The notes under the pieces are model-generated. The model was not told where the DNA came from and searched no databases. It saw only the letters and a list, made by a program, of their open reading frames with translations. Both the position numbers and the translations under genes were made by a program. From the NCBI RefSeq assembly GCF_018977255.1, contig NW_024704742.1, forward strand, positions 32,614,001 through 32,678,000: 64,000 nucleotides of DNA. The letters are read 5' to 3'. Positions 13,419-26,397 of the stretch are shown in pieces. The stretch's first letter is position 1. Every line of letters starts with the position of its first letter. This DNA is from Callorhinchus milii (Eukaryota).

Positions 13419-14719
13419 CTTTTATCTACATCAGAAGCACATTGTGCACACACGTGGCACTGGGGTGGAAGTGGGGTGGGAAGTGGGAGTACATATTCAA
13501 ATCAAATGCATTCCTGCATTTATAGAGAAACACAACCATCTTGTTCAGATTCAGAATTCCATGGATCTCAGCACTGACCTAAGCAATGCTGCACTACAGA
13601 TTGGCTGCAATCCATTTCTCTACGAAGTGTCAACTGACAGTGATTGGAATCAAATGTGTGTATCAAGCAACAAAGTGCAAGACAGCAAATGATTCAGATT
13701 GAGCTAATGGCAGGAACCAATGCTCCAGACAACTCTGTTAAAAAAAAACATATGGTGAGGGGCTTCATAGGGTGAAACACTGAAGCACATACTGGGGTGT
13801 GGGTCTTTGCCCAGTGCTCTGAATGCCAAGAGCTTTTCATATTTTAAAAAAAAAGAATAACTTGGTCACTTAAAGCACGACTGCTTGTGGGACGCTGCTG
13901 TGAACAATTGGCTGCTGTGTTTTTCCGACAAAATATACAGTCAATTAACTTTACAGTATATTCTGTGAAGTGCTTTGAGACATCTCAAAGATATAAGGCA
14001 TTATATAAAATTCAAGGATTATTATTATTACTCTTGGCATTCAGAGCACTAGGCAAAAGCAACATTAAGTCGACACCAGCCTACAGCCTTCATAATGGTT
14101 TAATTAAACTGCGCCAGTGTGTGTCCAGTAAACCTCGGAAGAAAATAAGAAAGATCTGCTACCGTCACTTTGGCGAGCCTTGTTCAGAAAAAACAGTACA
14201 TAAAATTTTATCAAAGAAAAAAATCACTCTATGGGTAAAGAAGAATATGTGTCTCATACCTCAAAACGCATTTGTATCAATATCAGCCAGTCACTGGCAA
14301 CTACTATTGCACTGTTTGAAAAGGAAAGGGAGTTTCTCCCAATATCCTGACCAACAATCTCCCAAATAAATATGGTCATTCATTTTTGGGCTTTGTTGTG
14401 GAACTTTGTTGTGCACAAACTGGCTTCTGCATCCACCTACAAAATACAGTCACTACACATTACAGTAAAATCCTGTGAAGGGTTTACAATAAAATCCAAT
14501 TTTACATTTATATAGAGCCTTTCAATTGGGAGGATGTCATCAAGGCGCTTTGAGACATCCTTCCATCCAATGTGAAAGGACCTATATCAAATGCAAAGAT
14601 TATCATCACAATATTACACAATCAGTTGTCGGACTGATCACAAAAAAAACTTTCAGTCTCAACACAATATATGAAACGTAACAGCAAGAGTCTCTTAAAA
14701 AGGCACAAAATGTAATTAC

Positions 14720-14977
14720 TTCTAGTTTGCTCATGGTGGGTCTCGGGCCACCTCGGAAATGGAGGTCGTCGCTCCCTGGCTCGCAGTCCATGGAATCGCT
14801 GGAGCTTGGCAACCGTACGCCCGAGGACGACATAGGACCCGTCGGGATGTTGAGAAAGTGTATCTCGCAGCTGGCTGCCGCTCTCTTCACTCCAGGTATT
14901 TCCTGAACTCGCTGGTACCAATGGGACAGCAAAGGCAGAGAAGACAGGACCTCATCTCGACGATCTCCAAGAGCAAC
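14720..14977 (-). CDS. GSTCD: GSTCD coding exon 3 (VALGD...WYQRVQEIPGVKRAA...GGPRPTMSKLE)
   Basis: 258 nt, phase 0/0, gatcag| acceptor, GAA|gtaatt donor. WYQRVQE.PGVK.AA and GGPRPTM motifs of GSTCD. Confidence 0.92.
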
Positions 14978-17900
14978 CTGATCGGCAGAAATTCAGAAAA
15001 GACATTTCAATTTGCTAAATTGGGGCTTTTAGAGACTAAATCGCTGCCTTCAGATTTCTGCAATCAATTCATTACCAGGCTGAACATTTTTGTAATCTGC
15101 TATTACTTCTGTCTCTGTCATTAAGGGAGCAGTCATGCATGCAATGACCCAGCCACAAAAAATGGGTAAAATCAAACAAGGATTGAATTGGAAAATACAC
15201 ATTTTGTATGTTTTCGTGGCAGCTAGCTGTTTCCTCAACTGTTATTATTAATAATAATAATTCTTGCATTTGATATAGCGCCTTCTCACATCTTCGAGAC
15301 GTCACAAAGCCCTTCACGGGATATACTGCAAAGCGAATTGACTGTATATTTTGTTCCCCAGTTGCAGCAAAGCTACACAAGAGAAAACTATTTTTAAATT
15401 CAAATCAGCAAAAGACTCAAGAGGTATCTAAACAAGGCCCTTAGAAACTCAAACATGAAGGGATAGTACAGGTCAAAAAATGTTTAAGTAACCCATCAGC
15501 AGTACTGAAAACAGTCACAAAACATAAGAGCGGAAACCTTACATCTTACAAAATTGTTTTGCATGTGGTACAATCGGATTTGAGCCACAATTTTTATATA
15601 ATAATCCTTGCTTTTCATATAATGACTACACAACAGAAGGATATCTTAAAGCACTTCATAGAATTTACTGTAAAATGTAGTGTCTGTGTATTTTGTAGCA
15701 AACCCAGCAGCCAATTTGCACACAGCAAACAGCCATCAAGCAAATAACCAATTTTACTTTATCTTTTATCTTACATATTGTCCAAAAAAAACCGGGAGGA
15801 ATGTCCTTTTTTAAAATTATGCCCTGAGATCTTTACTGTCCTTCTGAACAAGCAGAATCCCACACCACAACTGGAACGTACAGATTAAGCTAACACTGTA
15901 GAGCAGAACCAAAACAGAAAGTACTCTCAGAGGTACCATCCGTCAGATGATAAATAAAGCCCATTTCCTCCTTTGATGTCATGATACTATTTCAAAGAGG
16001 ACCCAGGCAATATCTGGGTGTCCCAGCCAAAATTCTTGCCTTATCTAAATTCACTAAAAAACAGATTCATTGGACATTCAACTCACTGCTGTTTCTAACT
16101 ATTTGCTGGTGCACATTCGCAGGATATTTTCCTGTTGCGCAGCCAATACATTTCAAAAGAAACTGGCAGTGTTAAGCTCTTTAGAGACATTTTGACACTA
16201 TAAGGCACCGTGTCAAATGCAAGCATGATTTTTTTTTAAGCAGGCTATGGAAATTCAATTATTTCTACTTTTTTTTTGCAGATCCTAATTACACTGCGTG
16301 AAAACGTGGGGAGAACAAGAATTATCCAGGAGAGGAACCTGCAGTGATGCTTATTATTATTAATTTAGTATAGTTAATAATAATAATAATAATTTTTATA
16401 AAAATCCTTGCATTTGGTATAGCATCTTATCATGTCACCGAGACGTCTCAAGGCGCTTCACAGGGTATACTGTAAAGTGGATTGACTGTGTATTTTGGGG
16501 ACGAAATGCGGCAGCCAGTTGTGCACAGCAGTGTCTCACAAACAGCCATGGATTGCTTTCCACTAAAGCAGGTGCAGAATAACAGTAATACCAGGGAGTG
16601 GAGAAGGCTAGATACAGTGAGGAATTTCTGTAGGAGGATAATCCAATTATTCCTCACATTCTTTCTTATTTTTCAGCTTTTGTTTGCTCTGACAGCTGTA
16701 ATTTCTCCCCTAAAAGCACCCACCGTCCTAGAGCCACAAAAAACCCTTTTCACATTTACAAACGGTTCACACTGGCACTTAATTCAGAAGTTAAATCTTT
16801 GCTTTTACTCCGAAATTACTTTCATGCAAATGTGTGGCCTTTTTATTTCTCTCTAAATAATAATGTGGTAAAGCAACACGATACGTATAGAAGCAAATCT
16901 GTCAGGTTCAGGGCTTTCACACAGAAAACGTAAGTGAGCAATCGCTTATGCAGACAGGGCGCAGTAACATTTATGTTGGCTAGTTAATAATAGCTATAAT
17001 AATAATATTTAACATAGATCCTTATCACGTCATCAAAATGCCTCAAAGCGCTTCACAGGATATACTGTAAAGTGGACTGACAGTGTAATGTTGTGGGAGA
17101 AACACAGCTGTCAGTTTGCGCACAGCAATGTCACACAAACAGCCATGGAGTGAGTGATCCTATGAATTCATTGTAGACAATATGTCTCCCCAACCTGGAC
17201 CCATGAGCCAGAGTATTAATACATTGCATCTCAAACTGAGAGCGCACAGCCTCAGGACAACAGATACCCCAAAACAAGGCCTACAGCATGAGAAGTACCT
17301 CAAAAACAGAGCGCGCAGAGCCTGAGGACAACCGAGGCACTAGAGTACCTGAATACTGCAAAATGATTGCAATGGATTGGAAGCATCATTGCAGGGCCTC
17401 ATGTCTTTTCTCATAAGAATTTCAGGGAACAGCTGTGCTGTCACAAACCCACGGGGTAAGCCACGAACCTCAGTCGGCACCAAACTGATTTTCCAAAGGA
17501 CAGTTTCGCCCACAAAATATACAGTCAATTCACTTTACAGTATATTCTGTGAAGCGCTTTGAGACGTCTCAAAGACATGATAAGGCGCTATATCAAATGC
17601 AAGGATCATTATTATTATTATCAGAAAAAGACATCTCAGCCCAAATGACGTATCACAAGTGCAGAACAACTTCAGGAAAGTAATTCGCTGCACAGACACA
17701 ACAGTGTAAACTTGATATCAGATACATTAAACCTTTTAAGCCATCAGGTCAGTCATTCTCTGCTTGGCTTACATTATAACAATCAGTGCAGAATGCAAGT
17801 ATGCTGCATTCATCCACGACGACGACAACAACTTGCGTTTATATAGGGCCCTTTAATGCGGGGCAGCATCAAACATCACGGAGAAGGCAAAGCACACCAT

Positions 17901-18618
17901 AGTTTCAAACAAGTCACAAATATTCAAGCCTTTCGCAGACAAAGCCTTGCATTATACATCACTGTATTTAAAATAAAAAATGACAAGCAGCCCAGGTAAA
18001 TTAAACTGCGGTATCTCCAGATGCCATTCATAACCGGCCTGTTTTACCAGCAGATGGTGAAACATTCCATTCTGAGAGATTTACAAAGATTTACAAAGAC
18101 TGTACAGCACTCGGCCCAACCAGTCTGTGCCGGTGTTTATATTCCACACGAGTCTCCACCCATCCTTACTCCCTCCCATACCCTTCTGTCCCCCTCTCCT
18201 CATATGAAGGTCTAGCTTCCTCTTGAATGAGTCTATACTATCTGATTTAAATTAAGCATTACAATTCTGAAAAACAACTCAACTGTGAAATGTTTGCAGA
18301 GAAAAAAAATCTTTGGAAGAAAACCCTTAATTTGCAACTTGACTCAATGGTCGCTCCCTCTACAAAACACAGTTAGAAATTAGTTTCTTGGTTTAGCTGT
18401 AACCTAGTTGTAAACATGGTAGTGGAAAAAAAATCAAACGTGGGCAGGCAACAGACATTGCTGCGCACAAATTGGCTGCCAAATAAGCTCTCACTCTCCA
18501 CTTCACAGTGAATTCTGTAAAGTGTTTTCCCACACACCCAACATGAAAGGATTTATTATTAATTATTATTAATGATAATAATGACTCTCTGAAGCGCTTC
18601 ATGGGATATACTGTAAAG

Positions 18619-18850
18619 CAGGGGTCTCCAAACAGTCGATTGCTGCTTGGTGGCGTCTTGTGAATAAAAACAAGGAGGAGGGATATTTACTGCAGTTTAA
18701 ACAAAAATGTTTATATTTTTATTTCCAGATGCATGAAATACTTTGTGCGTCTGGCTTCGTTTTCAATTGGGCTCAATATTTACTCAGATCTATCGCTTGA
18801 TCATGCTCGATAGTGCCACCTTGCGATGATCGACCAGTTGAAGACCCCTA
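18619..18850. mobile_element. hAT-type MITE (232 bp) with 8-bp TSD
   Basis: TIRs caggggtctccaa / ttgaagaccccta; TSD ctgtaaag at 18611-18618 and 18851-18858; interrupts a SINE tail. Confidence 0.85.
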
Positions 18851-19622
18851 CTGTAAAGTGACTGTGTATTTTGTAGGTAAACACGGCAGCCAATTTCCAC
18901 ACATCAATGTCTCACAAACAGCCATGAAGTGAATGACCAATTTTATTTTATTATGATGTCTTTACTCAGTCGAAACCTGACAGTCTCTTGGAAGCATCTA
19001 TTCTCATTCTCAGCTCCCCTCAGCCTTCCTTACAGAAACTCCTGCTGCTTTTAAATGTGGAACTAGGCGGTACGGATCCAATTTAAATACTAGCTTCAGC
19101 ACGGCATGTGTGCCTGGGATCATGCAAGTCCTGGCTTAACATTCCCCCTCAGCATTCCTCAGATCACAACACAGTGGTGCTCAGTGCAGTTACTGAACGG
19201 AACTGGCCAAAAATGGGAAGCCTCACCAGAATATCCTGACCTTGAGACTATTAATAGAAGTGGTTTGATTTAAGACTTGCCAGTTCCATTATCCACCAAG
19301 AAGCTATTACAGTGTAAACAATGTAAAACAAAGGCTAATTTGAACTTTGGTGAAAAGAGTACAGCCCCTCTACCTTTACAACAACAAATGACATTTATAT
19401 AGAGCCTTTCACATTGGAAAGATGTCCCAAGGCGCTACCTAAATGTGGCCGAAGTGCCCACCGAACATAGGCAGGAGAAAGGTTGGTATGGTGTTAATAG
19501 GTTGCAGAAGTAGGGAGGAGCAAGGCTGCGGAGGGCTTCACAGTGCAGTATATATACTGCATATATGACACTGTATATAGCATTGTTTTTCAAAAATTGC
19601 AGTTTAAGAATGCAAGACTCAC

Positions 19623-20114
19623 AAAGTAATAATGAAGACAGGGCAGCAGGACCAGGTCTGTGAGTGTGAAGAAAAGACCTTCAGCAAACACATGCTCCAG
19701 TGCTGGCAGATCAACGGTCTTCACTTTCCTAATGCAAGAGGGCTCCCTAGTGGTCACGGACGGTAGCGGCTCCACACTGAGTTTGGAGAGTGCAGCGCTG
19801 AGCTCCACGCTGCTCGCATTGCTCCCCTGGTTCTTTTCTACATCTGGGTCTGTATCAGCCTTTCTTTCAGGGGATCTTCTGTGGGGGCCTTCAGATGTGC
19901 TTGCAGTGGGCTGCGTGCCTTTCGCCTTGGACAAGTGCAGTAGCTTCTGCCTGCGGATCTTGTCATCGTTGTGAACGCGGACTGGTTCCCCAAGCTTTCG
20001 CTCCAGGTGCAGGATTTCGGGTGGAATGACTGCCCGCTGATCGGGAGACGTCTCGAGAAAAGCTTCCACAGCTAATGGGATGCTGATTTCGCACAGCCTT
20101 GTCCAGTGGCTTAC
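19623..20114 (-). CDS. GSTCD: GSTCD coding exon 2 (VSHWTRLCE...LVLLPCLHYYF), GST C-terminal-like domain
   Basis: 492 nt, phase 0/0, ttacag| acceptor and |gtgagt donor. Motifs LERKLGEPVRVHNDDKIRRQKL and HVFAEGLFFTLTDLVLLPC. Confidence 0.95.
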
Positions 20115-21187
20115 CTGTAAGAAAGAAAGCACACCTTATTCCTGTTAAATACTTTCACAATTTGACAACTAAAACAAAAAACAACTTGCATTCATATTGT
20201 CTCGGAGCGCTTAACAGTGGTGGAGCCCGATACCAAACCGGGGTACGGATGAGGTGACTGTAAGCACGGTCGAAGAGGAAGGTCTTTAGTCGTGATCTGA
20301 AAAAGGGGAAGGAGGGGACAAGGCCCTCTCGAACAAACAGCAACAATAATTTTATACAGCTCCTCTCACATCAAGAAGATGTTTCAAAGCACTTGACAGA
20401 GGCAATTGGCGGAAAGTGACTGAAAGCGTAGTTGAATAGATGGCTTTGAAGGTGCGGGAGGTGTGTGTTGAGGTGGAGGGACTGCAGGATGGAATTCAAG
20501 AGAATGGTTAAAATACAACAACAAGATTACATTTGTAGAGCGCCTTTCATGTCGAGAGGACATCCCAAGGAGCTGGGACAATACATAATACAATAATGAA
20601 AATTATTATAACTAAACAAAAGCTTGCATTTGATACATCTATGGTGTTGAAACATCTCAAAGTTATTAATAGGAGATTTCCAACCCTATTGTATTTTCAC
20701 ATTTCCAGTTTTTCTATACTAAGGGGGTCAAACGGATTACGCTTTCAAAAACCCGACAACTGAAAACATGGCACAAGATGCTGCTTTGCAATGGGAATCA
20801 CCAAATATGGAAACAAAGCAGAATAGGTGGGTAGAGGCACAGTCCAAGTTTTCAAAGTTATTCTGCACTGGATGGTTTCCAAGTTTAAACTATTGATCAC
20901 ACTTGAGATTTGTTCCAAATGACGAAACGCATCTTACTGCTTGCCCTGCCCTACAATCAACCAGCACTAGAACATAATAAAACAAAATACCCCCGGCACA
21001 CGGAATACAACTGAATTGTCTGGGAAAGTGCAAGATCCCATCCATCACAGCAACAGAGAGTTAGAATATTGCACTAATCTCCTTGCTAAGACTTCCCCCA
21101 CATGCATTCAAATGGTGAGAGAACAACCATCTCAATGCAAATACAAGAGTCTCCTGGTAACATAGGCTGCATTTTTATACAGTAGGT

Positions 21188-21540
21188 TGGAGTCCTGTAG
21201 TGTAGTGGTTAGAGTACTCGCCTCGCAAACAAGAGGATTCCCTGGCAGGGCGAAAACTTAGGCAACTTTCCTTACTCTACACGACTCTGTTTACCTTGTA
21301 GTGAGTAGGAACTTGTTTGTTAGTCGATTAATGGATCGCTTTCCGGGTTTAATATTCCCTTCAAAAAACAATAAATAAATAAAATCTGGTCACTCAATCC
21401 ACGATTGTTTGTGGGCCCCTGCTGTGCACAATTGGCTGCCGAGTTTCACCCACAAAATATACACTATATTCTGTAAAATGTTTTGAGACATCTCAACAAT
21501 GTGACAAGGTGCTATGCAAAGAGTATTATTATTAATTATT
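21188..21540 (+). mobile_element. tRNA-head SINE, full length
   Basis: Same family. Confidence 0.85.
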
Positions 21541-23574
21541 ACAGGGGCGGAGATCTATACATAACACCTTTGGTGCTAGTGTCCTGTCAATGTTCTGAAT
21601 GTTCTATAGTCCAGAGGCAATTGATCCTCTGGATAAAGATCTTCTTTCACTTCTGAGGCAGCTAGGTTTGCTTCCTTACCTAATTTTCATTAGTAAACCC
21701 TTTCGCCTCCTCCACTGTGTTTTTTAAATCTTTGGTATCACACGGGGCAGTGGGGAAATTCTCAATTGCTACCAGGTTGCGTTTGCCAAGCATCCTCAAC
21801 TCTTCCCAGTCTGAGCTGAATGGTTAGTTGAATGGTGGATCAATTTCCAAGGGTAATAATCTATTAAAAAAATCCAGTTACACTCAATCCACGACTGTCT
21901 GTGGGATACTGCTGGGTGCAATTGGCTGCTGCGTTTCGCCCATAAAATATATGGTCAATTCACTTTACACTATATTCTGTGAAGTGCTTTGAAACGTCTC
22001 AATGATGTGACAAGGCGTTATATCAAATGCAAGGATTATTATTACTAAAAGCCATTTGATATTTATCATGGTCTGAAATACCGATTACACCAAACCACTC
22101 TGATATTAACTCAATGCTCCCAAATATTGTACGGTCAGAAGAAAACCAGAGAGGTAACCAAACCATATTTCTTCCAATTGGATCCAATGGGTATAAGTTT
22201 GTTAGCAAGAAGTTGTGCTTAAGCTTCAAAACTTTCAAAGTTATCATCATTGAAAGTGGGGAAAAAAAGTGCATTGGTTAGCTATTTTGGGTATGATTGA
22301 ATCCTGCTCGACTTAGTAAGGCAAATAAAGATTATAACAATAGGAAGTCTACACAAGGCCAGTTGGATGGCTGACAGAACTATTTCCAACGGTTTGTGGT
22401 CAGGAGAAAATATAGTGACATTAACGTTTGAATTGGAATTTATTAGCTTGCTTTTCCGATTTAGAAAGGGATTTTTTTTGCTGAGGTTTTATTTTAAGTT
22501 TTGGAAGCAAGAAAACCTCTGATATGGATAACTGTTGCGACACAGCCTACAACTGATGGTACAAATACGTACACTTACATTTAGTTGCAAATGTTTCCCT
22601 GGGTTTAGACGTGCAAGGAACAAGTTTGGTGGACCAGGGAGAGGTTCACCATAGCGGCAGAGGAGCCTCCTAACACCACCTGTCAGCAGCATTAATTGTC
22701 CTTATGTTAAAGCAATTCCCCATCAGTCCCAGGCACGGCAATGAAGTGGTTAAAATTAGCAAAGCAAGGCTCAATCTCCTTTATCTCTATAGAACAACAT
22801 TCAAATTGTGCTATAATAGCCTCACATATCTCTTCTGTCATCAGAAATCCTTTCAGTATGATATCTGTGATCACAATATATCCTCCAACAATGAAATGCT
22901 CTACAGCATTGCATTGGAGCATCGACTGTGAATTCAGAGTTGGACTTAAACCCACACACAACCTTCTGACTGGGAGGCAAGAGCTACCAACTGATCCAGA
23001 CTGACTCCGTAAGTGCAGCAAACAGTGTGACTCAATAGTGCAAATAATGAAACTTATTGACAGAATAATTATTGGAAAAAATGTTATGAAACGTATAATG
23101 ATATATAATACCAACATCACTAACTCTCTCAGCACCCGCAAGGCTGAATGCAGAGCCTAAAATGCATAATCTCCAACCCTAGTAATTTTCTTCATTATTA
23201 TTGTCAATGTTTAAACTTTAAACTGTGACAGATCAGGCCTTACTATGTGTTAAAAAAAAACAATCACAGCAATTCCCTGCTTTATATTGCGCCGTTCCAG
23301 AATTCAAAGCCTTGACAAAATAAATTGGGTTTGTTTTCCCAAAACAGCTCAATGACATCTAGTGACAGACCTTGAGTACTGCAATTGTATCCATCTAAAA
23401 GACAAGACAACCCCTCCAGAACAGGTTGCAGAACCTTGCAAAACCTTCCCTGGCTCAACTTTAGAAATCAATAAGCAGTAAGATGTTAAACCACCTGCTT
23501 TGATTCAACAAACAAATAAGGCAGAAACGTTTACCATGACCAAAATGACCAAAGTGCAGCTCAAATCTCATGCA

Positions 23575-23941
23575 TGTGGTGCTGGAGCTCAGTGGGTAGC
23601 GCGCTCACCTCGCAAGCGAGAGGATGTGGGTTCGATTCACCGGCAGGGTAAAACCATAGGCAAGTTTTCTTACTCCACACGCCTCAAACAGTAAGGAGGA
23701 ACCCGGTTGTTAGTCAATTGGCGGATCGCTTTCCGGGGGGGGGGGTATCAGTCCCTCAAAAAAATTGGTCACTCAATCCAAAACTGTTTGTGAGACACTG
23801 CTGACCGCGATTGGCTGCTGCGTATCGTCTACAAAATACACAATCAATCCACTTTACAAAATATTCTGTGAAGCACTTTGAGACGACTAAACAACGCGAT
23901 AAAGCGCTGTATCAAATGCAAGGATTATTATATATTATTAT
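23575..23941 (+). mobile_element. tRNA-head SINE, full length
   Basis: Same family. Confidence 0.85.
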
Positions 23942-24260
23942 AAAATCCCCTCAGTAGAGTGCAGCACTCTAAATAATCCTTAATAACAAAAATCCTAACA
24001 TTTAATTTGGCACCTTTGCATATTATTGAAAAGTCTCAAAGCGATTTGCAGGATATACTGTAAAGTGTAGTGACTAGTATTAAGATTGTTGATGAATGTG
24101 GCATCCAATTTGACCCACAAACAATGAAGTGAATGACCAATTTCATCTGGAGAAATTCTCTTCTCTTTCTAGATAGTGCCATGGGATAGTTAACATGCAT
24201 CTCAAAGTCCTGACGTATGTTTTGAATATACTGTATCACAAATATGTGTACATCGCAAAT

Positions 24261-24570
24261 ATGTGGAGTCCTGTAGCTCAGTGGTTAGAAAACTCGCTTT
24301 GCAAGCAAGAGACCTGGGTTCGATTCCCGGCAGGGTGAAACCTCGGGCAAATTTCCTTATTCCACACGTCTAATAATAATCCCTCAAAAAACAATAAATT
24401 GGTCACTTCAATCCACGTCTGTTTGTGGGACACTGCTGTGCGCAATTGGCTGCCGTGTTTCGCCCACATAATGTGCAGACACTTCACTTTACAGTGTATT
24501 CTGTGAAGCGCTTTGAGACGTCTAGAAGAGTGAAAAGCATTATATCAAATGCAAGGATTATTATTATTAT
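24261..24570 (+). mobile_element. tRNA-head SINE, internal-deletion variant
   Basis: Lacks the ctgtttacctagcagtaag...ggatcgc segment. Confidence 0.85.
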
Positions 24571-25126
24571 ATAGTATGGTACTTGGGATTATAAGAAAGT
24601 CTTCTGTTAGCCTTTGGCCAGTCTGCTATTGAGCGTTTATTGATGCAAGTAAGGCATCAGCTATGCAATCATCAATACACAGTCTGGGGGTGAAAGAAGT
24701 GGAGGGTGGGGGGAGGGGAGCAAAAGAGAGTTGAGTGAGCGAATTGGAGAGGAGAGGGGTGCTGAGTGGGAGTGGAGGAGCGTGATTGTCACCTTGGCTG
24801 CTGTTGTACACCTATCAAAACAATCAGGGCACGGCAGCTATTTTGCACATACTGATGTTCTACACACAGCCATTAAGTGCATGACCAATTTATCTGGACG
24901 ATTGTTGCCTGGGACACCGGAATAAACTCACTCATCTTTTTTCATGGGAATCACTGATGTCCATCTGAGTAGGCAGACAATTTAACGTTTCATCTGATGG
25001 ACAGCACCTCTGGCAATGTAGTGCTCCCCCAGCCCTGCGCTGGAGTGCTAGCCTCAACTCTATGGAGACGAATACAGATTTCAATCTTTCCTTCCAGATT
25101 AGCGGCTAAACCAAGCGCTTACTCAC

Positions 25127-25549
25127 CTCAGCACAAGCCTTTAAGCAAGTCTTCTTGAAGCCAAGCAACTCAGCGACGTCTTTCCTGCTAGGATCTGCAT
25201 TGCAGGTCCCCTGTACAATGTGCCTGAGCGTGACAGCCAGCCCAGCTCGGCAGAAATTTCCACCCTTTTCTACCAGTGCAGGTAAGCGGCAGCTCTGCAC
25301 TACTGCAGGCAGCTCCTGGTGGGAGAGGATGTCAATGGCAAGGCTCTGTGGTACCCCTCTCTTCCCCGGGTGACTGTCCACGATATCGCCCTCGGGCACC
25401 AGGACCAGCTTCAGAGCTGTGCAGTCACAGTAGGACAGCAGAAACAGAACGACAGAGGTGTGCAGTGGCAGAACGAGGTCCTGTGAGTGGTGGGTGAGCT
25501 CCAGGTACAGGTGCTCTGAGGTGGGGCCACGCGGGCCCTTGTCCTTCAT
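25127..25549 (-). CDS. GSTCD: GSTCD first coding exon (MKDKGPRGPTSEHLYLE...LGFKKTCLKACAE)
   Basis: Acceptor ctcctccag| at 25556, ATG at 25549, donor GAG|gtgagt at 25127. LPLHTSVVLFLLSYC, CRAGLAVTLRHI and LGFKKTCLKACAE match the vertebrate GSTCD N-terminus. Confidence 0.93.
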
Positions 25550-25597
25550 TGGGGCCCTGGAGGAGAGAGCGAAAGAACCATCAGCGAACAACTGAAT

Positions 25598-25936
25598 GGT
25601 CAGGGGGTGGGGGGGTCAGGGGGTGGGGGGGGTCAGGGGGTGGGGGGGGTCAGGGGGTGGGGGGTCAGGGGGTGGGGGGGGGTCAGGGGGTGGGGGGGTC
25701 AGGGGGTGGGGGGGTCAGGGGGGGGGGGGTCAGGGGGGGGGGGGTCAGGGGTGGGGGGTCAGGGGTGGGGGGGTCAGGGGGTGGGGGGTCAGGGGGTGGG
25801 GGGGTCAGGGGGTGGGGGGTCAGGGGGGGGGGGGGGGGGGGGGTCAGGGGGTGGGGGGGGGGTCAGGGGGGGGGGTCAGGGGTGGGGGGTCAGGGGGGGT
25901 GGGGGGGGTCAGGGGGTGGGGGGGGGGGGGGGGGGT

Positions 25937-25968
<32 letters not shown>

Positions 25969-26095
25969 CAGGGGATGGGGAGTCGGGGGGTGGGGGGGTC
26001 AGGGGTGGGGGGTCAGGGGGGGGGTCAGGGGTGGGGGGTCGGGTTTGGTGGGTCAGGGGGTGGGGGGTCAGGGGGTCGGGGGGGGGGTCAGGTCA
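25598..26095 (+). repeat. G-rich minisatellite (GnTCAGnT)n filling GSTCD intron 1
   Basis: Dozens of GGGGTCAGGGG units with long G runs. Confidence 0.95.
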
Positions 26096-26190
26096 GTCCA
26101 TCCACTCGCTCTATCATCCATAACAATAATGATAACTATGGTGTACTTTACTCCACAACAATAATAACACAATGTATGCGGTTTACTTAC

Positions 26191-26290
26191 CAATAGAATG
26201 ATGTAGTCCGTGTAGTCCGGTGACTGCGCGGTGTGTGCAGTGCAGTGCAGTCCCTCCGCTCCGCGGTTTGTCTCCAGTCCGGAGCGAAGA
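26191..26290 (-). other. GSTCD: GSTCD putative non-coding exon 1 (5' boundary approximate)
   Basis: CpG-rich segment ending in a consensus donor TTG|GTAAGT on the - strand at 26191/26190; the next exon's acceptor is at 25556. Confidence 0.65.
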
Positions 26291-26319
26291 GCGCGACGGA
26301 CCGGAAGTTACGTTTTGTC

Positions 26320-26397
26320 TCTCGCCGGAGGGGGGACCGCGGAAACAGCGGGACCGGAAATCACCGAATGATGCTTCCGACCGGAGAGAAAGTAGTG
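26320..26397 (+). other. INTS12: INTS12 putative non-coding exon 1 (5' boundary approximate)
   Basis: Donor GTG|gtgagt at 26397/26398 inside the CpG-rich promoter. Confidence 0.6.

Noticed and set aside
22707..23141. 144-aa ORF on the - strand
   Set aside because: Overlaps a degenerate Deu-SINE head and has no recognisable homology
24265..24340. tRNA-Ala-like genes (also near 9150, 12437, 21188, 41548)
   Set aside because: SINE heads: poor acceptor stems, followed by SINE body and tail
25549..26196. Gly-rich ORFs of 175-215 aa
   Set aside because: Translation artefacts of the G-rich minisatellite in GSTCD intron 1
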